Source: Paraphysomonas bandaiensis
Taxonomy: Eukaryota > Protista > Chrysophyceae
Length of the DNA: 64,000 nt
Direction: 5' to 3'
Assembly: GCA_965644295.1 (NCBI GenBank)
Contig: CBFFRP010000127.1
Span: 186,001-250,000 of the forward strand
The position numbers were made by a program, and so were the translations under genes. The notes beneath the pieces are model-generated. The model made no database searches and was not told where the DNA came from. It saw only the letters and a list, made by a program, of their open reading frames with translations. Positions 35,870 through 49,863 of the stretch are shown here, in pieces (the stretch's first letter is position 1; every line of letters begins with the position of its first letter).

Positions 35870-36782
35870 ATTATCAGTAAAACATTGGAGAAAGAGACAC
35901 AATACCGAAACTCCTTTTTATTTTTAACAGCTCTTATACAGTTAGGTGGCAATATTTTTATTTTCTCGTTAACGTCCACTATAAATGTAGAGCTCGTGCT
36001 GATAAAATACAAGTAGAATAAAAGAACGTCACGAGATATATGTATCAGATAGCAAAGTCTATGCGAAAATATGTAACATACGTTCACACGATCCTACAAT
36101 ACATTCAATATACACAGAAGAAATTATGTAACGAAATAAAACATGCCATATATAGCGAAATATGGGAAATAAAAGTAGCACTAGCACTTGACAGTTCTGT
36201 CTAAGTCTAACAATATAACATAAAGTGATTCACAACACGACGCATATGAGCGATGAACCTCACACATAAGGCACACATATACATACATAGACATAGCACA
36301 GCACTATCTATGAGAATATACGACTCACCAGCGAGCGATCCCTTTCACATTTCTATACACTACGACACGACAGCAAGGAGAGCCTGTGTCATATTCAGCT
36401 ACTCTAGCCAGACACTTCCCCCCTACAACATGATCGCACACGACAAACATACCGCTCCTTAGACTATCTATCACTGTGTCGCTATCACGCATAACAGACA
36501 ATACACTCACACAAATTCTTTCACTTTCAAGTCACATGATTACTTCAAGTGGATTGTTCTCGTTGTTCTTGTTGTTCCTCTGCTCTGAGTGTGTCGCCAG
36601 GCTCGGCGCTGCTGTCAGCTCAGTCCACATTGAAATTCAAATACATCACTGTGTATACCGGTATACACGGAGTACAGAGAAGCAAGATGTCCAGAAGCTG
36701 TGGATGTGATGGACGATGAATACAGAGAATACCATGGAATACGGGAGATGGATGTTCGAATCCTATGGGATTCCAACTATAG

Positions 36783-36850
36783 TATGTACTGTATGTGTAT
36801 GTATGTGTATGTTGTGTATGTGTATGTTGTGTATGTGTATGTATAGATAG
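36783..36850 (+). repeat. (TGTA/TGTG)n microsatellite in the AP2/FkbM intergenic region
   Basis: Tandem tgtatg/tgtgtatg units, directly visible. Confidence 0.8.
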
Positions 36851-36982
36851 ATATACACGCACTCTGATGTGTTCTTCTACACACACACAGCAAAGCAGCG
36901 CAGAGCACAGCAGAGCCTGAGCACTTGAAGAGTCGAACAGAGATGATGTCAGATATATGTGAGATGATCGACTAAACCAGTC

Positions 36983-37813
36983 ATGAGAATGATTACATTT
37001 AGTGGTGTATTATTAGCATGTTACGTGTGTGTGCGCATAGGCGCGTATGATAATAATCTTATAGTCCCTGACGAGTCAGTGATATCGAGCATGATTAGAG
37101 GATCATATAAGAGTAAAGAGTTAATCGAGAAAACACTCCGAACACCTCGCTGGAGGAAAATATCACAAGCAAGTGGTAAAGAAGATATTTGGTTATACGA
37201 ACATTACTTTTATGGCATTACGAATGGAGTCATCGTCGAGAGCGGAGCTGGAAACGGTTTCACGGATTCTGTTTCGTACTTTTTCGAAAAGTTTATGGGT
37301 TGGTCCTCAATACTGATTGAGCCAGAAAAGAGATCTTTCAGTCAACTGACGACAAATAGAACAAATTCCATTCGCGCCAATATTGGACTCTGTGACAAGC
37401 CCAGGATGCTGCATTTTTCATCTTCAGTACAACCACATATGCATGGATATGTAGAGCTAATGCCACAGAAGTACAAGCGCAAGTATCACGCAGGTATCAT
37501 CACGGGTGACTTGGAGCCCTCGACCTGTGTACCGTTACAGAGTATAGTAGATCAACTTGGGATCAATAAGATAGATGTATGGGTGCTCGACGTGGAAGGT
37601 GCCGAAGAGGTGGCCCTCAGAGGATTGGACTTCGACAAGGTGAATGTATCGGCGGTGGTTATAGACACAGAATCGACAGACACCCCCAGAGACACTAGAA
37701 AATTAGAATACATGCGTATGAGGGGATTTAGATGCTCCGTTATAAAATTGAATATAGTCTGTTTCAATAAGTCGTTTAGGAGGAATGTGTCAAATAAGCT
37801 GAAGTTCAGCTAG
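36983..37813 (+). CDS. FkbM-family (Methyltransf_21) SAM-dependent methyltransferase with an N-terminal signal/anchor
   Basis: VIVESGAGNG (motif I), FEKFMGWSSILIEP, KIDVWVLDVEGAE. Confidence 0.88.
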   Translation: MRMITFSGVLLACYVCVRIGAYDNNLIVPDESVISSMIRGSYKSKELIEKTLRTPRWRKISQASGKEDIWLYEHYFYGITNGVIVESGAGNGFTDSVSYFFEKFMGWSSILIEPEKRSFSQLTTNRTNSIRANIGLCDKPRMLHFSSSVQPHMHGYVELMPQKYKRKYHAGIITGDLEPSTCVPLQSIVDQLGINKIDVWVLDVEGAEEVALRGLDFDKVNVSAVVIDTESTDTPRDTRKLEYMRMRGFRCSVIKLNIVCFNKSFRRNVSNKLKFS

Positions 37814-38977
37814 AACTACGTGCTTATAAATTGAATTATGCAATAAATAAAAGAACAATACCATAGAGTTCATTATATAGAAGTGATATCGAAATACGAT
37901 CGCTAGATTAATGATTTATTTTATAGTGGATAGGTGTATGGAGAGAATCGACTCTTCGTAGAATAAGTTGAATATCAATATCACCTGATGGTTTGCATGA
38001 AATATTGACTAGTTTACTGATTAAAGATATTGATGTACAGCGGATAGAGTTAAAAAAGTAATATTGGACAGCCAATGGCACAATCAAAATAAATCAGGAC
38101 AGGCAGTGCACATCACCATTTAACCACTTAATAGTTGTTGGAAACACTGATTATACTACAGTATATATAGTATACACATAAGTACATCTACGAATGCTAA
38201 TCATACAAAATAAGCTAAATTACTTTAGCAAATGATTTTAAAGGTTGAAAACAGTATTCTTGTTGAGGAGACCCAAATTTGATAATTAGATTGATAATTA
38301 TTGCATTGATACCTAATTCAAAATATACGCGAAAGTAACCAAACAGTATACTTTCTAAAACGAGTAATGCTACGAATACTACTTTACATGCATATGTATT
38401 TCATCTTTCATGCTCAACGTGGATCATCGGATAAATCGTCTCCGTGCTAAACACAGAGATATATATAAACCCTACGAGTTTACGTATTTCCACTTGGCGG
38501 ATGATACGACGCATGACCATTTGACATAGATATATATTTATCTATAACTAGCACTGCTCGATATATAGCCCCCAATAAATGCCTCAGAGAATGATATCTG
38601 CTCGTTTAGAATTTTGCAGTCCCTCGTTGCAGTGCCACCCTCTCATCGTAATACAGCATCAGGTAAGAGCATATTTTCAACCGATAGGATTAACTTTGTC
38701 TGCTTGCAGTGCTATGCATTGCTGACACAATGCACTCTAACTGTGCTAACGCATATGGGTGGAATCAAGATGTTCATTTACAATGAAGCTAAAATCAGGC
38801 ATTTCTAAATAAAAGTGGCATTTTTTAGGCACAATGTGCTGTGTACGACGTCAGTTAGGCGGCAACTGCTGTATATGTACGACGACAGCGCAGCAGCACA
38901 CTGCAGATCGATCGAGCGATAGATAGATTCGCTAAGTTAAAGTGTGTGGAGTTTAAATAGAAGATTGTTATTGACGA

Positions 38978-41432
38978 ATGGATGACCGTTCAGTGGAAGG
39001 ATCTGAAGCGTAAGGATGTGATTTGTGTTAACAGCTGCACATCACCAGTGCTCATATGTGTATCTATTCAGAGGGGCGGATGTGAAAAAGGATAAGATTA
39101 TAAGCACGTTTGAAGTCGAACACAGCAAAGTAGAAGCACCTAAGAAGGAACTAGTTCAGTATGATGTCTTCAAGTGGACGAAGAATCCGACTGCAATTGA
39201 CTATTTGCTTTACATTCCACTGAATGTCGGTCACTACTTCAAGAATCTGTCGGCAGCGTTTGGATGGAAGTTCGTGTTTATTGTGTGCATGGTGTATGGT
39301 GCCCAGCAAGGTTTTTATGTTGCCGTTGCTGGGAGATAGTTGACGTTAACACATACATAGGGCTTGCGAATGCATGGTTTTTTCAAGCACGGGACTATTA
39401 TTGGAAAGATGTTGCAGATATATCCCCAGCAGAGGCACAGGCTAATACTGCGGCTGCACACACACCGTGGAACAGTAAGTAAATATTATTGCCAATGTAC
39501 TGATGGGCTAGATTAGACCCACTATGTGGGCATATGCTCTTCGTGAATATAGTATTTTGTTAAAAAGCTGTCGCAAATGTGATCCTCATCCCGCTACACT
39601 CGCCATATATTGTTCTGGCCCAGTACATATAAATTTTAACCTTGTTTGTAGTAAAGCCACTTTACGGGATGACGTCAGATACAGTGTCTATGTTTGGATA
39701 TGAGCGTACACCGTATATTGCTATCGCAGGAGCAATAGGGACTCTTTGCTTCACAGTCCTTGCCTCGGCACCCCTATCACTTGTATTGGCAGTGATATTT
39801 ATGTTTGGAGTGAATTACTCGGTTGCATCACCTGGTAAGTGGACTTTGATTATATTCATTACCTGTATATACTTTGTAATTGTAAATGTTTACTGTGGAG
39901 TATATGTCATGCCATGAATATATTTTATGTTGACAGCAAGAGTACTGGTGATATATTTGTAGATGTGATGATTGACGCTATTGTGGCGGAGAAATGCAAG
40001 CTTCATCCAGCATTTGCCTCTGATCTTCAGTCCCTATGCTGGGGTGCCATGGCCGCCTTTTCAATTATTGGTTACGCCACATCCGGCCTCATGATAAAAT
40101 ATTTAGGGCCGATTGGAACATTTGGTGTGCTAGTTGCGTCGTCATTACTGATTCTTTTTCCTGCATTGGCTGGCTTCCTTGGAGAACCGAGAAAGTGCGT
40201 GCAATCGCAGGAACCCCGACTTTCGTCGTGTGTAGAAATTGATCTTCGGCGTTTCCGACAACACCGCAACCTATTCTATTTGGCTATTTTTGTCTCCTCT
40301 TGTGCAGTGGCCCTAACTGTCGTCGTGCTGTCAACGAAAGTATGGATATACAGGTTTGTAGCTGTGCTACTGGTTGCAGGATCAGTGTCCACTTCGGTTT
40401 ATATTGCTAATCGTAAGGATCTTCCGGATGTGGCAAACTTAGCGTTACTTATATTTTTACGAGAGAGCCTTACACCAGATATCGAGACAGCTATGTTTTA
40501 TTGGTAAGCTATGCACCGATACTTGAAATGAACAGTAATAGCAGTTACAGGTATACAGATGCAGACAATGGTCCAAAAGTGAGTACTCGTCTACTATATT
40601 CTTTACGCCAACTAATTAATGTTATATACAGTTTGACCCCATATTTATTGGAGTCATTCAGTGCATTGGGTACATCACAATGCTAGTAGGCATAGGAATA
40701 TATAACAAATATTTAAGTACTTGGCCCTATCGGTCCATATTTACATACACTCAGGTTGCGTATTTTTATAGTGGGTATTTATTGCTTTAATTTTGTGTTT
40801 AGATATTGATGTTATTGACTAACTTGATGGATCTCGTTATTGTCTCGCGACTAAACACAAAACTTGGAATACCGGATGAATGCCTAATATTTGGTGACAT
40901 TACCCTTACACCCATGGTAAAAAGATTTTTAATGATGCCAACGTTCGTATTGGCCTCTAAAGTGTGTCCCGATGGAGCGGAGGCGACTATATTTTCAATG
41001 CTTATGGCACTCTCCAACTTTGGGAGTGATGTAGCAATTTATTTCGGCAGTTTTTTGGTTGTCATATTTGGAGTTTCGGATGACAACTACAAGAACTTCA
41101 TTTGGGTTATTTTTGTCAAGTCTCTCTTTAGGCTAGCACCAATCCCTCTTTTCTTTATCCTACTTCCTCAAGGCTCTCCTCAGAAAGATGAGGACTATAA
41201 TGACACGGATTCGAAAACCAGTGGAATAGATTCAGTGATAGATGAAATCGTAGAGGAATCACGAGGTGGTGATTCCGACAAAATTCAGAGTTCACGTAGT
41301 GTAAGTAGTGTTTATGCGGAGGGGGTATATGCAGAGTCCGTGGTTAGCGATACTACTATGTCACCTATTGTACCTGCTGCCGTCGACAAAAATAGGTTGG
41401 CCAGCGCAAATGGAAGTTCTGTTGATGTTTAA
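38978..41432 (+). CDS. Folate-biopterin transporter (BT1/FBT family, MFS), multi-exon
   Basis: PWN-IKPLYGMTSD..FGYERTPY, DVMIDAIVAE, SDLQSLCWG, MPTFVLASKVCPDGAEATIFSMLMALSNFG. Confidence 0.92.
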
Positions 41433-41798
41433 TCGAGAGTGGGACAAAGTGAGAATGTGTTGTATACTTCACGTATATATTTATGTCTTTATTAGAACAT
41501 ACAGTACTGGTGTAAGTGTTCTAGCTTCGCCAAAAAATGTATAAGCACTTCTGTACTGCAATAATAAAAATGCAACGAAATATTATTGACGTTATTAGTC
41601 CCGGAAGTAAACAACTTGTTTCATTGATTTAATGCATTTCAATCAGTAGTATAATGTACTACTATATCAATCAGTAGTATATTTCAGATTACCCAATATT
41701 TTTCCGGAAGTAGAAAAATAGATGCTTATGGTTGGGAGAGTGATTTAGCATTTGCTGTGTGGGAAATTAGCTAGGTTTATACGGATTTATAGAGATAT

Positions 41799-43486
41799 GA
41801 GGCTTACGTAACAATTAATTGGCAATTAGTTGGTGACAGATGTCCAACAATAATAATATCAACTATCACTCAAGCATCTAATTATTGCCAATTAATTGCT
41901 AGATTATAGAATAACTTTTTGAACTATAATCTTATCCCAAAGATTATTTTCACGCAGAAACATCAACATTTCAAGGTGTCTAGGTGCCATTCGCCTGCGA
42001 AAATCAGTCAAAACTATCTTATCTCTGCTAAGCAACCTCTCACAAACATTGGTATTGCTATACAAATGCTTTATGTCAACGATATGGTGTTAAACCAGTG
42101 ATACACGTTCCAGCCATAAGGCGACACCTTTCGCTGGACATAACCATTTAAAGGACCACTTCCAGTTAATGCAGCTTGCCACCCTGTTACATAAATCCAT
42201 GTACCTGTCTACCTGTACTGTTGGACACATCACCAGCTCTCTCTCTCTGTCCAACACACTCATAACACCACTGCAGTGTCATACACACACACAGTACACT
42301 CTACCTCCTCCTAAAAAACCCCCAGACAAACTATCTCCTCTCCCTTCGTCCCTGATACCTTGCCGTCATCTTCCTTACACACACTCTCTATGCCTCAGTC
42401 TGTACCCCCCTGCACCAACACAGACACTAACAAGGGCAGCTGAGGACGTCCGAGTGTCTCCTCCAGACCATCATCATCATCACGATCATCTCGTGCATAG
42501 GTCTATCAGAGTACTCGACCTCAGTGACTCTTGTTCTGTTGCGCAGTCTCACTCTCCTCAATCAGATGTTGCCTCTCTTGCACCATCACGCTCCCTCTCG
42601 ACTCCCTGTAGCTGGACACATCGGATGACCCTCACATCCCACCCCTGTACAGCTATACACCCTCTTGCATGTGTTCTCTACCGCTGGCTAAAAGACAGCA
42701 AAAGAGCCGATTTCGACGCTTCTTCACAGTAGGCCATAACCTTTTGCAAGACCTTCATCCACATACCTCCGAGCCACTTGGAACAATGCCTAAAGGAAGG
42801 CCACCAGATTACTGTTTCCCCTAACTGCCATAAGGCTAATAAGTCAGTCCCCGTGAGGTACATAAGGCTATCTATCATATAGCGAGTGGAGTCTCATCCC
42901 AAGAGGAGACCTCCAGATCACACGCGCCGGTGAGTCCCAGGACACACGATCATGGCGAGCCTCATAACACACACTAAGAACGGAAGTGGTTGCACCTTGG
43001 TGCTTGCGGCGACGCACAAGCAGCTTCTGTAGCGTTAAATAGTAGGATAAAAGAGTTTGTATTGATTAGTTACGGGTAGTAGTCTAACTAGTATGACTAG
43101 CATTCTTCTAGCCACTAATTGGTGCAGGCTTTCAACGCCTATTGCTAAATAATCAGACATTCAATATAATAATGATAAGAATGGCTATTAAATGATTCTA
43201 GTCCATTATTGTTGTACACATACTCTACGGTTCCTCTGATAGTGGTACTTAACGGATAACCTTTTAAAACGTCGTTTACACTACTATACTTGAATATTTT
43301 GAAGCAGTTGACTAGCTGTATCTACACGATCGTTGTGAAGGTGCTATATATAATTTTTAGCCAGCCTATTAATTAGCAACGTTTACCGATAATAATTAGT
43401 GAAATTATCACTTTTAAAACCAAAATTAATTTAATTGGCAATTATTGCCAATAAATTGATAACTAATTAATTGTTACACAAGCCTG
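41799..43486. mobile_element. Older hAT MITE (related to 10328-10761) carrying non-LTR copy B
   Basis: Imperfect TIRs gaggcttacgtaacaattaatt / aattaattgttacacaagcctg; subterminal aattggcaatt repeats; candidate TSD matches at only 5 of 8 positions. Confidence 0.65.
42100..43170 (+). mobile_element. 5'-truncated non-LTR retrotransposon, copy B (5' boundary approximate)
   Basis: Low-complexity C-rich ORF region ending SHPKRRPPDHTRR*, followed by the conserved tail at 42976-43163. Confidence 0.75.
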
Positions 43487-44039
43487 CTAGATGTAGCAGA
43501 TATATTCAGGAATAATAATAAGTACTGTTTAGTGTTAACTGCTGAATTCAGAAGGCTTTAGTGCTGAATTATTCTATGGTTGCGCTACTACTTGGAAATG
43601 GAAAATAAATGACCAACAACCATATGGTGAGGCTTCATCACCCATAGCCGTTGCATATAGTCAATCACTTTCAGACTACAGGGTTGCGCAACAACTAATT
43701 TTCGATTATAATTGATGGCGAATTCCTTTCAAATAATAGAAAGTTGTTGATTAACAAGAAGTAGTTAGAATCATATATGTAGCCAACATTGTGCATATGC
43801 ATCGCACTATTATGACAAGAGTATACTATTACAATTATTATTGCATCAAGTTAGTTACAATTTACAAAATAGAGTCTAACACAAAAGTAGCAAAACTCAT
43901 CTCTTATACCGAAGTATCCACTTCCACATCAGGCTAAATTCTACTATAGTTATCACATCGCAGTACTCTATTTAAGCTTTACTACTAATAATAAGTCGGT
44001 GTGATCGTGAAACCTGGTAAAGTGATTTCACCAGGTTTC

Positions 44040-44660
44040 ATGTATGGGTCACAACTGTATAATATATGTTGTGAAAAACAGCTATATTTGAAACCCACTT
44101 TGAGCATCTCTGTTTGAAAATGTGCATCCAAACGAAAAGACTTGACATTTTTTCAAAAATATGGTATGAGGTAATTCCAATCCTTAAATCTACTATACCG
44201 GGAATCGAGACTTTTATAAATTCCAACAGATATTATCTTGAACACGATACATATAAGGCTTAGAAAGAGTCATCAGTGTCGAATCTTTAAATCAACACTG
44301 ATTGGATTATCGTAATAACTTAAATTTTCTGTCGATCACTGGAAAGAGTTACTATTTCACAATTGCTTTTGTACTTCTTGACTCTTCTAGTGAACAAATA
44401 TTCTATATATGTGCAACAAACTGTATTCGCAACAGACAAGTATATGTCGAGCCTTGATTGTTGGTGATATGATGAAGTAGAAACCGACTTTCCCAACAGA
44501 CCTCTAAAGTTGTTGGCAGATCACCAAAGAATATTACTCTTCTAACTAGGCATTGCAGTACGAGTCACGTATTGCCTATATACTACAAATATTGTAGAGC
44601 ATGTCAAAACAATACAAATAGACAAATATTACTTGCTATCGCAGCGTAATTGAGCGTAAT
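44040..44660 (-). pseudogene. Decayed superfamily-1 helicase fragment
   Basis: Frameshifted motifs in the expected order: D(E)ASNI, RRVIFFGDL/QQL*.SVG, SLEESRSTKAIV. Confidence 0.35.
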
Positions 44661-45755
44661 AGATTTCACTTAATTCTCAACCTTGTCAAGTACAATTGTA
44701 AGTAGTAAAATATATACCTATGGAATACGTATGGTTCTCTAAGATAGTACTGTAGAATACGTTAAATACAATGTGAAAAACAAAAATACGTAGTCACAGA
44801 TACTATACCGCTATAACTGTGAAACTGAAGTATTGTATCATGACGATTCAAGATACGGAAGTTGAGCAGTGGATGATACGAACGAAATAAATTATCCTGT
44901 TGTTGGCATGTTTTAAATGACAACACACACAATTGTGTATGCAATTTAATAAAAGAGTCTATCTAGTTTGATCACAATAAACTTCTCTAAACGATCTCAA
45001 TTGTGAAAATGACCAATGGTCAATAATCACCAATACGGTGATGCGGTGGAATATATTATCAGCCACCTTCCTATTTTATCAGTGTTTGACAATAGTAGGA
45101 TGGTTGAAACTTTAAAAAATGAACGTTGAACTCATACAATAATGAATTAGTAAAATTATAAAGATTATCACTTAGCTATCAGTATGCACTAGATATATGA
45201 TATATACCACTTCAAAGCTACCAATCATTATTATTATTGACTGTTGCTGGCATTTACTCACTTAGCTAGATCAGCATAGATATACAGTGGCAGTCTGAAT
45301 GCTTCTTTAATGATCTATACCAACACTAATCACATCTTAGATAATCAAAATCTTATACAACCACTATATTTTAGTTGTCTAAGCATCTAAACTATCTTAT
45401 AGCCTATAATTAAATTTCGTATAGTACTATCTCTTAGTAACGCCACATTATGCAAGTAACGGTTACATTTCAGTAACCTTTAAATACAGCTTCTAATTGC
45501 TCTACATCTCTGAATTGAGATTGAAATTGGCTCCTACAACAAACAATACCACAAGAAAAATACTGCCTTCTAGGTGCCCTTTGGACTGTACACTACTACT
45601 ACAAGGATGTAGTACTCATCAATGCTAAAATGACGAAAGGTATAAGAACGATCCAGTAAACACTAAATTCATTATAACAAACGTATTACGTCTATTACAA
45701 TAATGTAACAGTGAAATGGCAAGAAGATATTATGAAAGAGTAAATACAGCATATC

Positions 45756-46180
45756 TTAATAATCCCCTCCTCCACCACCGAACATATCCATACCACCTTC
45801 AAGAGCATCAACCTCTTCCTCTACAGGGGCAGCAGCTTTAGGGGCATCTGCAGCAGGTGCATCACCACCAGCAGCAGGGGCTATATATAAGTGTAAGCAT
45901 TTATCATTTTAGTAATACAAAATATTTTACCAGCAGCTACGGCAACAGCAACTCCACCAGCAGCAGCGGGGGATGGAAGGAGTTCCTTAATTCCACCAGC
46001 CTTTTCGACGACACCGGCAAAAAGAGGAGCCCAGTAAGGGGCAACAGAGTTTCCAGTTCCATCCAACAGAGAGTTGATGTTCTCAGCAGTGACATCAACA
46101 CCGCCATCGGCGCAAATAATAGCCGCCAAACTGACAGCGAATTGATCTTTGTCGGCACCTGTGTATGCGAGTTCTGCCAT
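45756..46180 (-). CDS. RPLP1: 60S acidic ribosomal protein P1
   Basis: AVSLAAIICADGGVDVTAENINSLL..TGNSVAPYWAPLFA; one intron at about 45930-45882; Ala-rich hinge and VDALEGGMDMFGGGGGDY*. Confidence 0.92.
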
Positions 46181-46559
46181 TTCACACTATAGAATCCTGG
46201 ATGATAGTGTCTGATTACCTGGACGCTAATTGCATACGACTCCCTCCTCAGCACAGTGAAATACATAAATACAGACACCCTCCTCTTGTAATTTTATTGG
46301 TCACAAGCCGCTAAGCTGATCTTAAAGAGATTTCAGTTTTAATTTGATTCTCTTTACTATATGTACTGTATTTCTCTCCTGTATACCAGTACTACAAGAA
46401 GCATAGAAGGTGTGTAGAAAAAGAGACGAAGAGAAGAACAGACAGACGAGCGAAGTGAGCGAGCGATCTCTGCTGAAGTGAAGAGATCTCTTACGTATGT
46501 ATATATATGCATGTATATGTAGAGGCCTGTAGATATATGGTGCTCTAAGAAACAGATAG

Positions 46560-47109
46560 ATGACAACGCCCTCTCCATACTCTGCCCCCATGATTGGACA
46601 CGGAAAATCTGACGACACTGCGACCCGAAAACTTGACGAGTATCGCAGAGCTGCGGAGTCAACCTGTGCCTCTATTGAAAAACACAGTAACGTAAAGCGT
46701 GACTTCTGGATGTCCACTCAATTCCCTCTAACAACTGCTAAGCTCCTCAGTTATCCAGGTGCAGTGGGTGTTTCCTCATGTAGCTGTTGTCTGACCCCTT
46801 AACGAACAGATGACACCCCTGAAAAGGTGGTTCGTGAGTCTAAATTTATTGCTCGTGAATACTCATTCAGCCGTAAACTTATGATGTATTATAAATGGTT
46901 TGCAGCTAAATCTTCTATGGTATGACTGTAATCCTTCTCATTATGATACCCTGATATTTCCTTAGATCCTGTCGAAAAAACCACCTGAAACACCAGGGTC
47001 ATCTGTTTACCCTGTGTCTGAATTGAGTGATACTTTGGTTCTATCCTGTCCACAAAGTCGAGGAAGTACGTTTCGAACGAATATAGTATTTCCAGAGCCC
47101 GCCTACTGA
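46560..47109 (+). CDS. Hypothetical spliced protein (~125 aa) divergent from RPLP1
   Basis: ATG at 46560; three GT-AG introns (46759-46809, 46834-46905, ~46920-46965) keep the frame open to TGA at 47107-47109. No recognised homology. Confidence 0.4.
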
Positions 47110-47658
47110 GATGGAAATTGTTCGACAACCAGTGTATGATATACGTGAAAAGTTATACGGTTATACTATTGTGCATGATCCTACTTCGAAGAACGTCAGT
47201 AGTACATCAGCGGCTACATACATGTTTATATTAGTACAATATATTTATCTCATATTGTTTCCGTTATCTGAGTGGGCACCTTTCTTCGCTGTGCACCGTC
47301 TGTAGCGTTCACTAAGTTAGTGTACTTAGTATGAAAACCTTAATTAATCAGACAGGAAATTCAGACTTGGAATAACTGCATCAGAGTACACATATATACG
47401 TCGACTTTAGCTACTACTCATTAGTTTTTGTGTTTGTTATTCGATCTCACATTACGAAGCACTTTGTAGCTTTGTGGTACATTATGCTAGCATTACTGTA
47501 ACTATTACTGGTAATTGGTAATGCCACTATAAATATAAGAATGAAACATATTGTATTAATAGCCCTTATATTTGCGGGGAACTTGACACCCATTAATGGT
47601 AATGGTAAGAAAGTAAGTACTTTAAAGCTTTAGTGCATCTTCTTTTCTCCGAATTAAC

Positions 47659-47900
47659 CAGGGCCTGGTAACCATGCATTAGTGGCCTGTTAATGGTAGT
47701 CCAGTTCCCGGCAATTATGATGGCCACTAATGGCCATTAATACCTACTAACTTAAAGTAGATAATACCGCTCATAATAGATAGAGTGATACTCCCTTAAT
47801 TACTAATTTTTAATTAAATAGCAGACTATGAATTGTAACTACTTCTTGTAGGGCTTCATGGAGGGTATATGCCATTACCATTAACGGTTACCAAGCCCTG
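47659..47900. mobile_element. hAT MITE family C
   Basis: TIRs cagggcctggtaacc / ggttaccaagccctg; 8-bp TSD gaattaac / gaataaac (7 of 8); internal (c)cattaatgg repeats; further fragment at about 49035-49113. Confidence 0.85.
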
Positions 47901-48199
47901 GAATAAACGCCAGACACTAGGCAATGTTCGTACAACTCTACAGAATATTCGTGATATCTATGCGCATTATCATCGGAAAACTTCAAGGTCTGAAACTTAG
48001 AAAGTGGTTTTGTCAGCAAAGTGCCTGCTCGGAGTGTTTGCGGTTAACACTTTGAATGTGTTGTTATGTACGTCATATATATGTTAGAGTAGAGTAATAA
48101 TAGGTTTTATGCACAGAAGCGACGGCCATATTATTCAAGTGACGAGCCATTTTCTAGCATATATGGAGAATAAGTATGTTCGGCAGATTACGAATTTGG

Positions 48200-48580
48200 A
48201 CTGTGATTTAATATTTACGGTGCACCCATATAGTTTTGTGGAGAAGGAGTGGAGTATCCAACTACCAGATAAATTTGGTTTAGTTTATTTAGGGTTGGAC
48301 ATGTGATGGACGTCAAATTACTATATTATTGAAGTGGAGTGTTACTGTATATGCTGCGGACAGCAAGTTTTAGAGCAACAGGACGAAGGCGATTTACAAG
48401 GCACTGCTGCTGACATTAGAGATATTATACGTCATTAATAAACTGCAATTATTTGATACAACTCTTGCCAATGCTGATTGTATTGTGTGCAATAACTGTT
48501 CAGTAAATAGCAAATTGGCTGAACTAATTGAGAAGCCATTGGTATGTTGCATCTTATATCGACTGAAAGAATTCATTCCT
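48200..48580 (+). pseudogene. hAT transposase fragment
   Basis: PYSFVEK and LQLFDTTLANADCIVCNNCSVNSKLAELIEKPLVCCILYRL, a decayed version of the hAT DNCSxN...PLVGCxxHRL motif. Confidence 0.65.
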
Positions 48581-49374
48581 TCTTGATGAAGCATAAAAAC
48601 AAAAAGCTTGAATTCTGTGGTTTTCTACATTATTATAAACTACGATATATATTATGTACGTTAAATTGCATGTTATTTCCCTTGGAAAATAAAGCTATTA
48701 TTATTACATAATTTTTTCTAATAATATTTGGCTCAACGTTTTCTGGACACTGCCGAGGTCAGCAAAAGCGCTCGAATCAGTACCTGTGTGTTCAACTACC
48801 GTAGTAGCTTACTTTAAATAACACCCGATCGTCCATGTCGTCTGGAGACGTGGCTATATTCCTTCGACTCAACTGCATGTTGTGGGATGCTACTACTTTT
48901 CACGAAGTCTTGGAAGAATATGTGCCAGTGGAGAGCAAGAAGAATGATGATATGTAGTCTGTTATTTATTTAACCTACCCTCTATTATGAGCGATATTAT
49001 CTATATAGTATAATAATAATATATATGTAAAAAGTCATTAGTGGTAATTACGACCATTATAATTGCCGGGGTAGAGTGTATGTTAATGACCATTATATAA
49101 TTGTAGGGAACTGGGAGGCGAGACCAAGGCTAGCATAATATCCTGAGAAGGATGCTTCGCTTCTCCTGGTACATCGTACTATCCTGTTTTCTACAAAGCT
49201 GAATTATAAGAAAAAGGATATAATTTTCAAATCAACTACCAAAGTTACCAATTGAATCAATATCAATGCATCTGGCTAATCATACATAGTAGACATAATA
49301 ATAGTAAAAGCTCTGATGTCATCCATTATTCTTTTCCGTAATGCTAGCCCATATGTCATCAATCAGTCTTATGC

Positions 49375-49863
49375 ATATATAAATGTCTGTTTATTAGCAA
49401 TAGGCGTTTGAGAGTCAGTCCCAGCTTTTTGAAGTTAGATGACCGAATTATAGTCAAAGCTACTAAATAAGTATCTACCATAAACCAACCAGTATAACTC
49501 TAGTATATCCTACTATTTAACGCTTCAAGAGTTGCTTGTGCGTCACCACAAGCACCAAGGTGCCACCACTTCCACTCGTGAATGTGTATTATGGAGAGTT
49601 AGCCGATGATATAAGTCCTACGGGGTCAATGCTTGTTTAGTCAGGGGGATGCCCTTTGGGGTAGGGCTCCGCAGGATTGGGAGGGGGTACATGATTCTGT
49701 ATCAGGGTGGTGAGCGTACCGAGCGTGAGAGACATGAGTTGAGGCATAGGACGTAGGAATAGGTTCTGGATCATCATCAGGAAACTCAATACGCAATTGG
49801 AGCGCAGAAATAGCTGGCGGAGACGCCGGCGCCACGGTTTGGTGATGTGGGGGTGAGGTGTTG
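49375..49863 (-). mobile_element. 5'-truncated non-LTR retrotransposon, copy C
   Basis: ORF end PYPKGHPPD* followed by the conserved tail; candidate 6-bp TSD ttatgc (49369-49374 and 49864-49869). Confidence 0.8.

Noticed and set aside
42169-42732. 187-aa His/Pro-rich ORF as a host gene
   Set aside because: Lies within retroelement copy B and is low-complexity.
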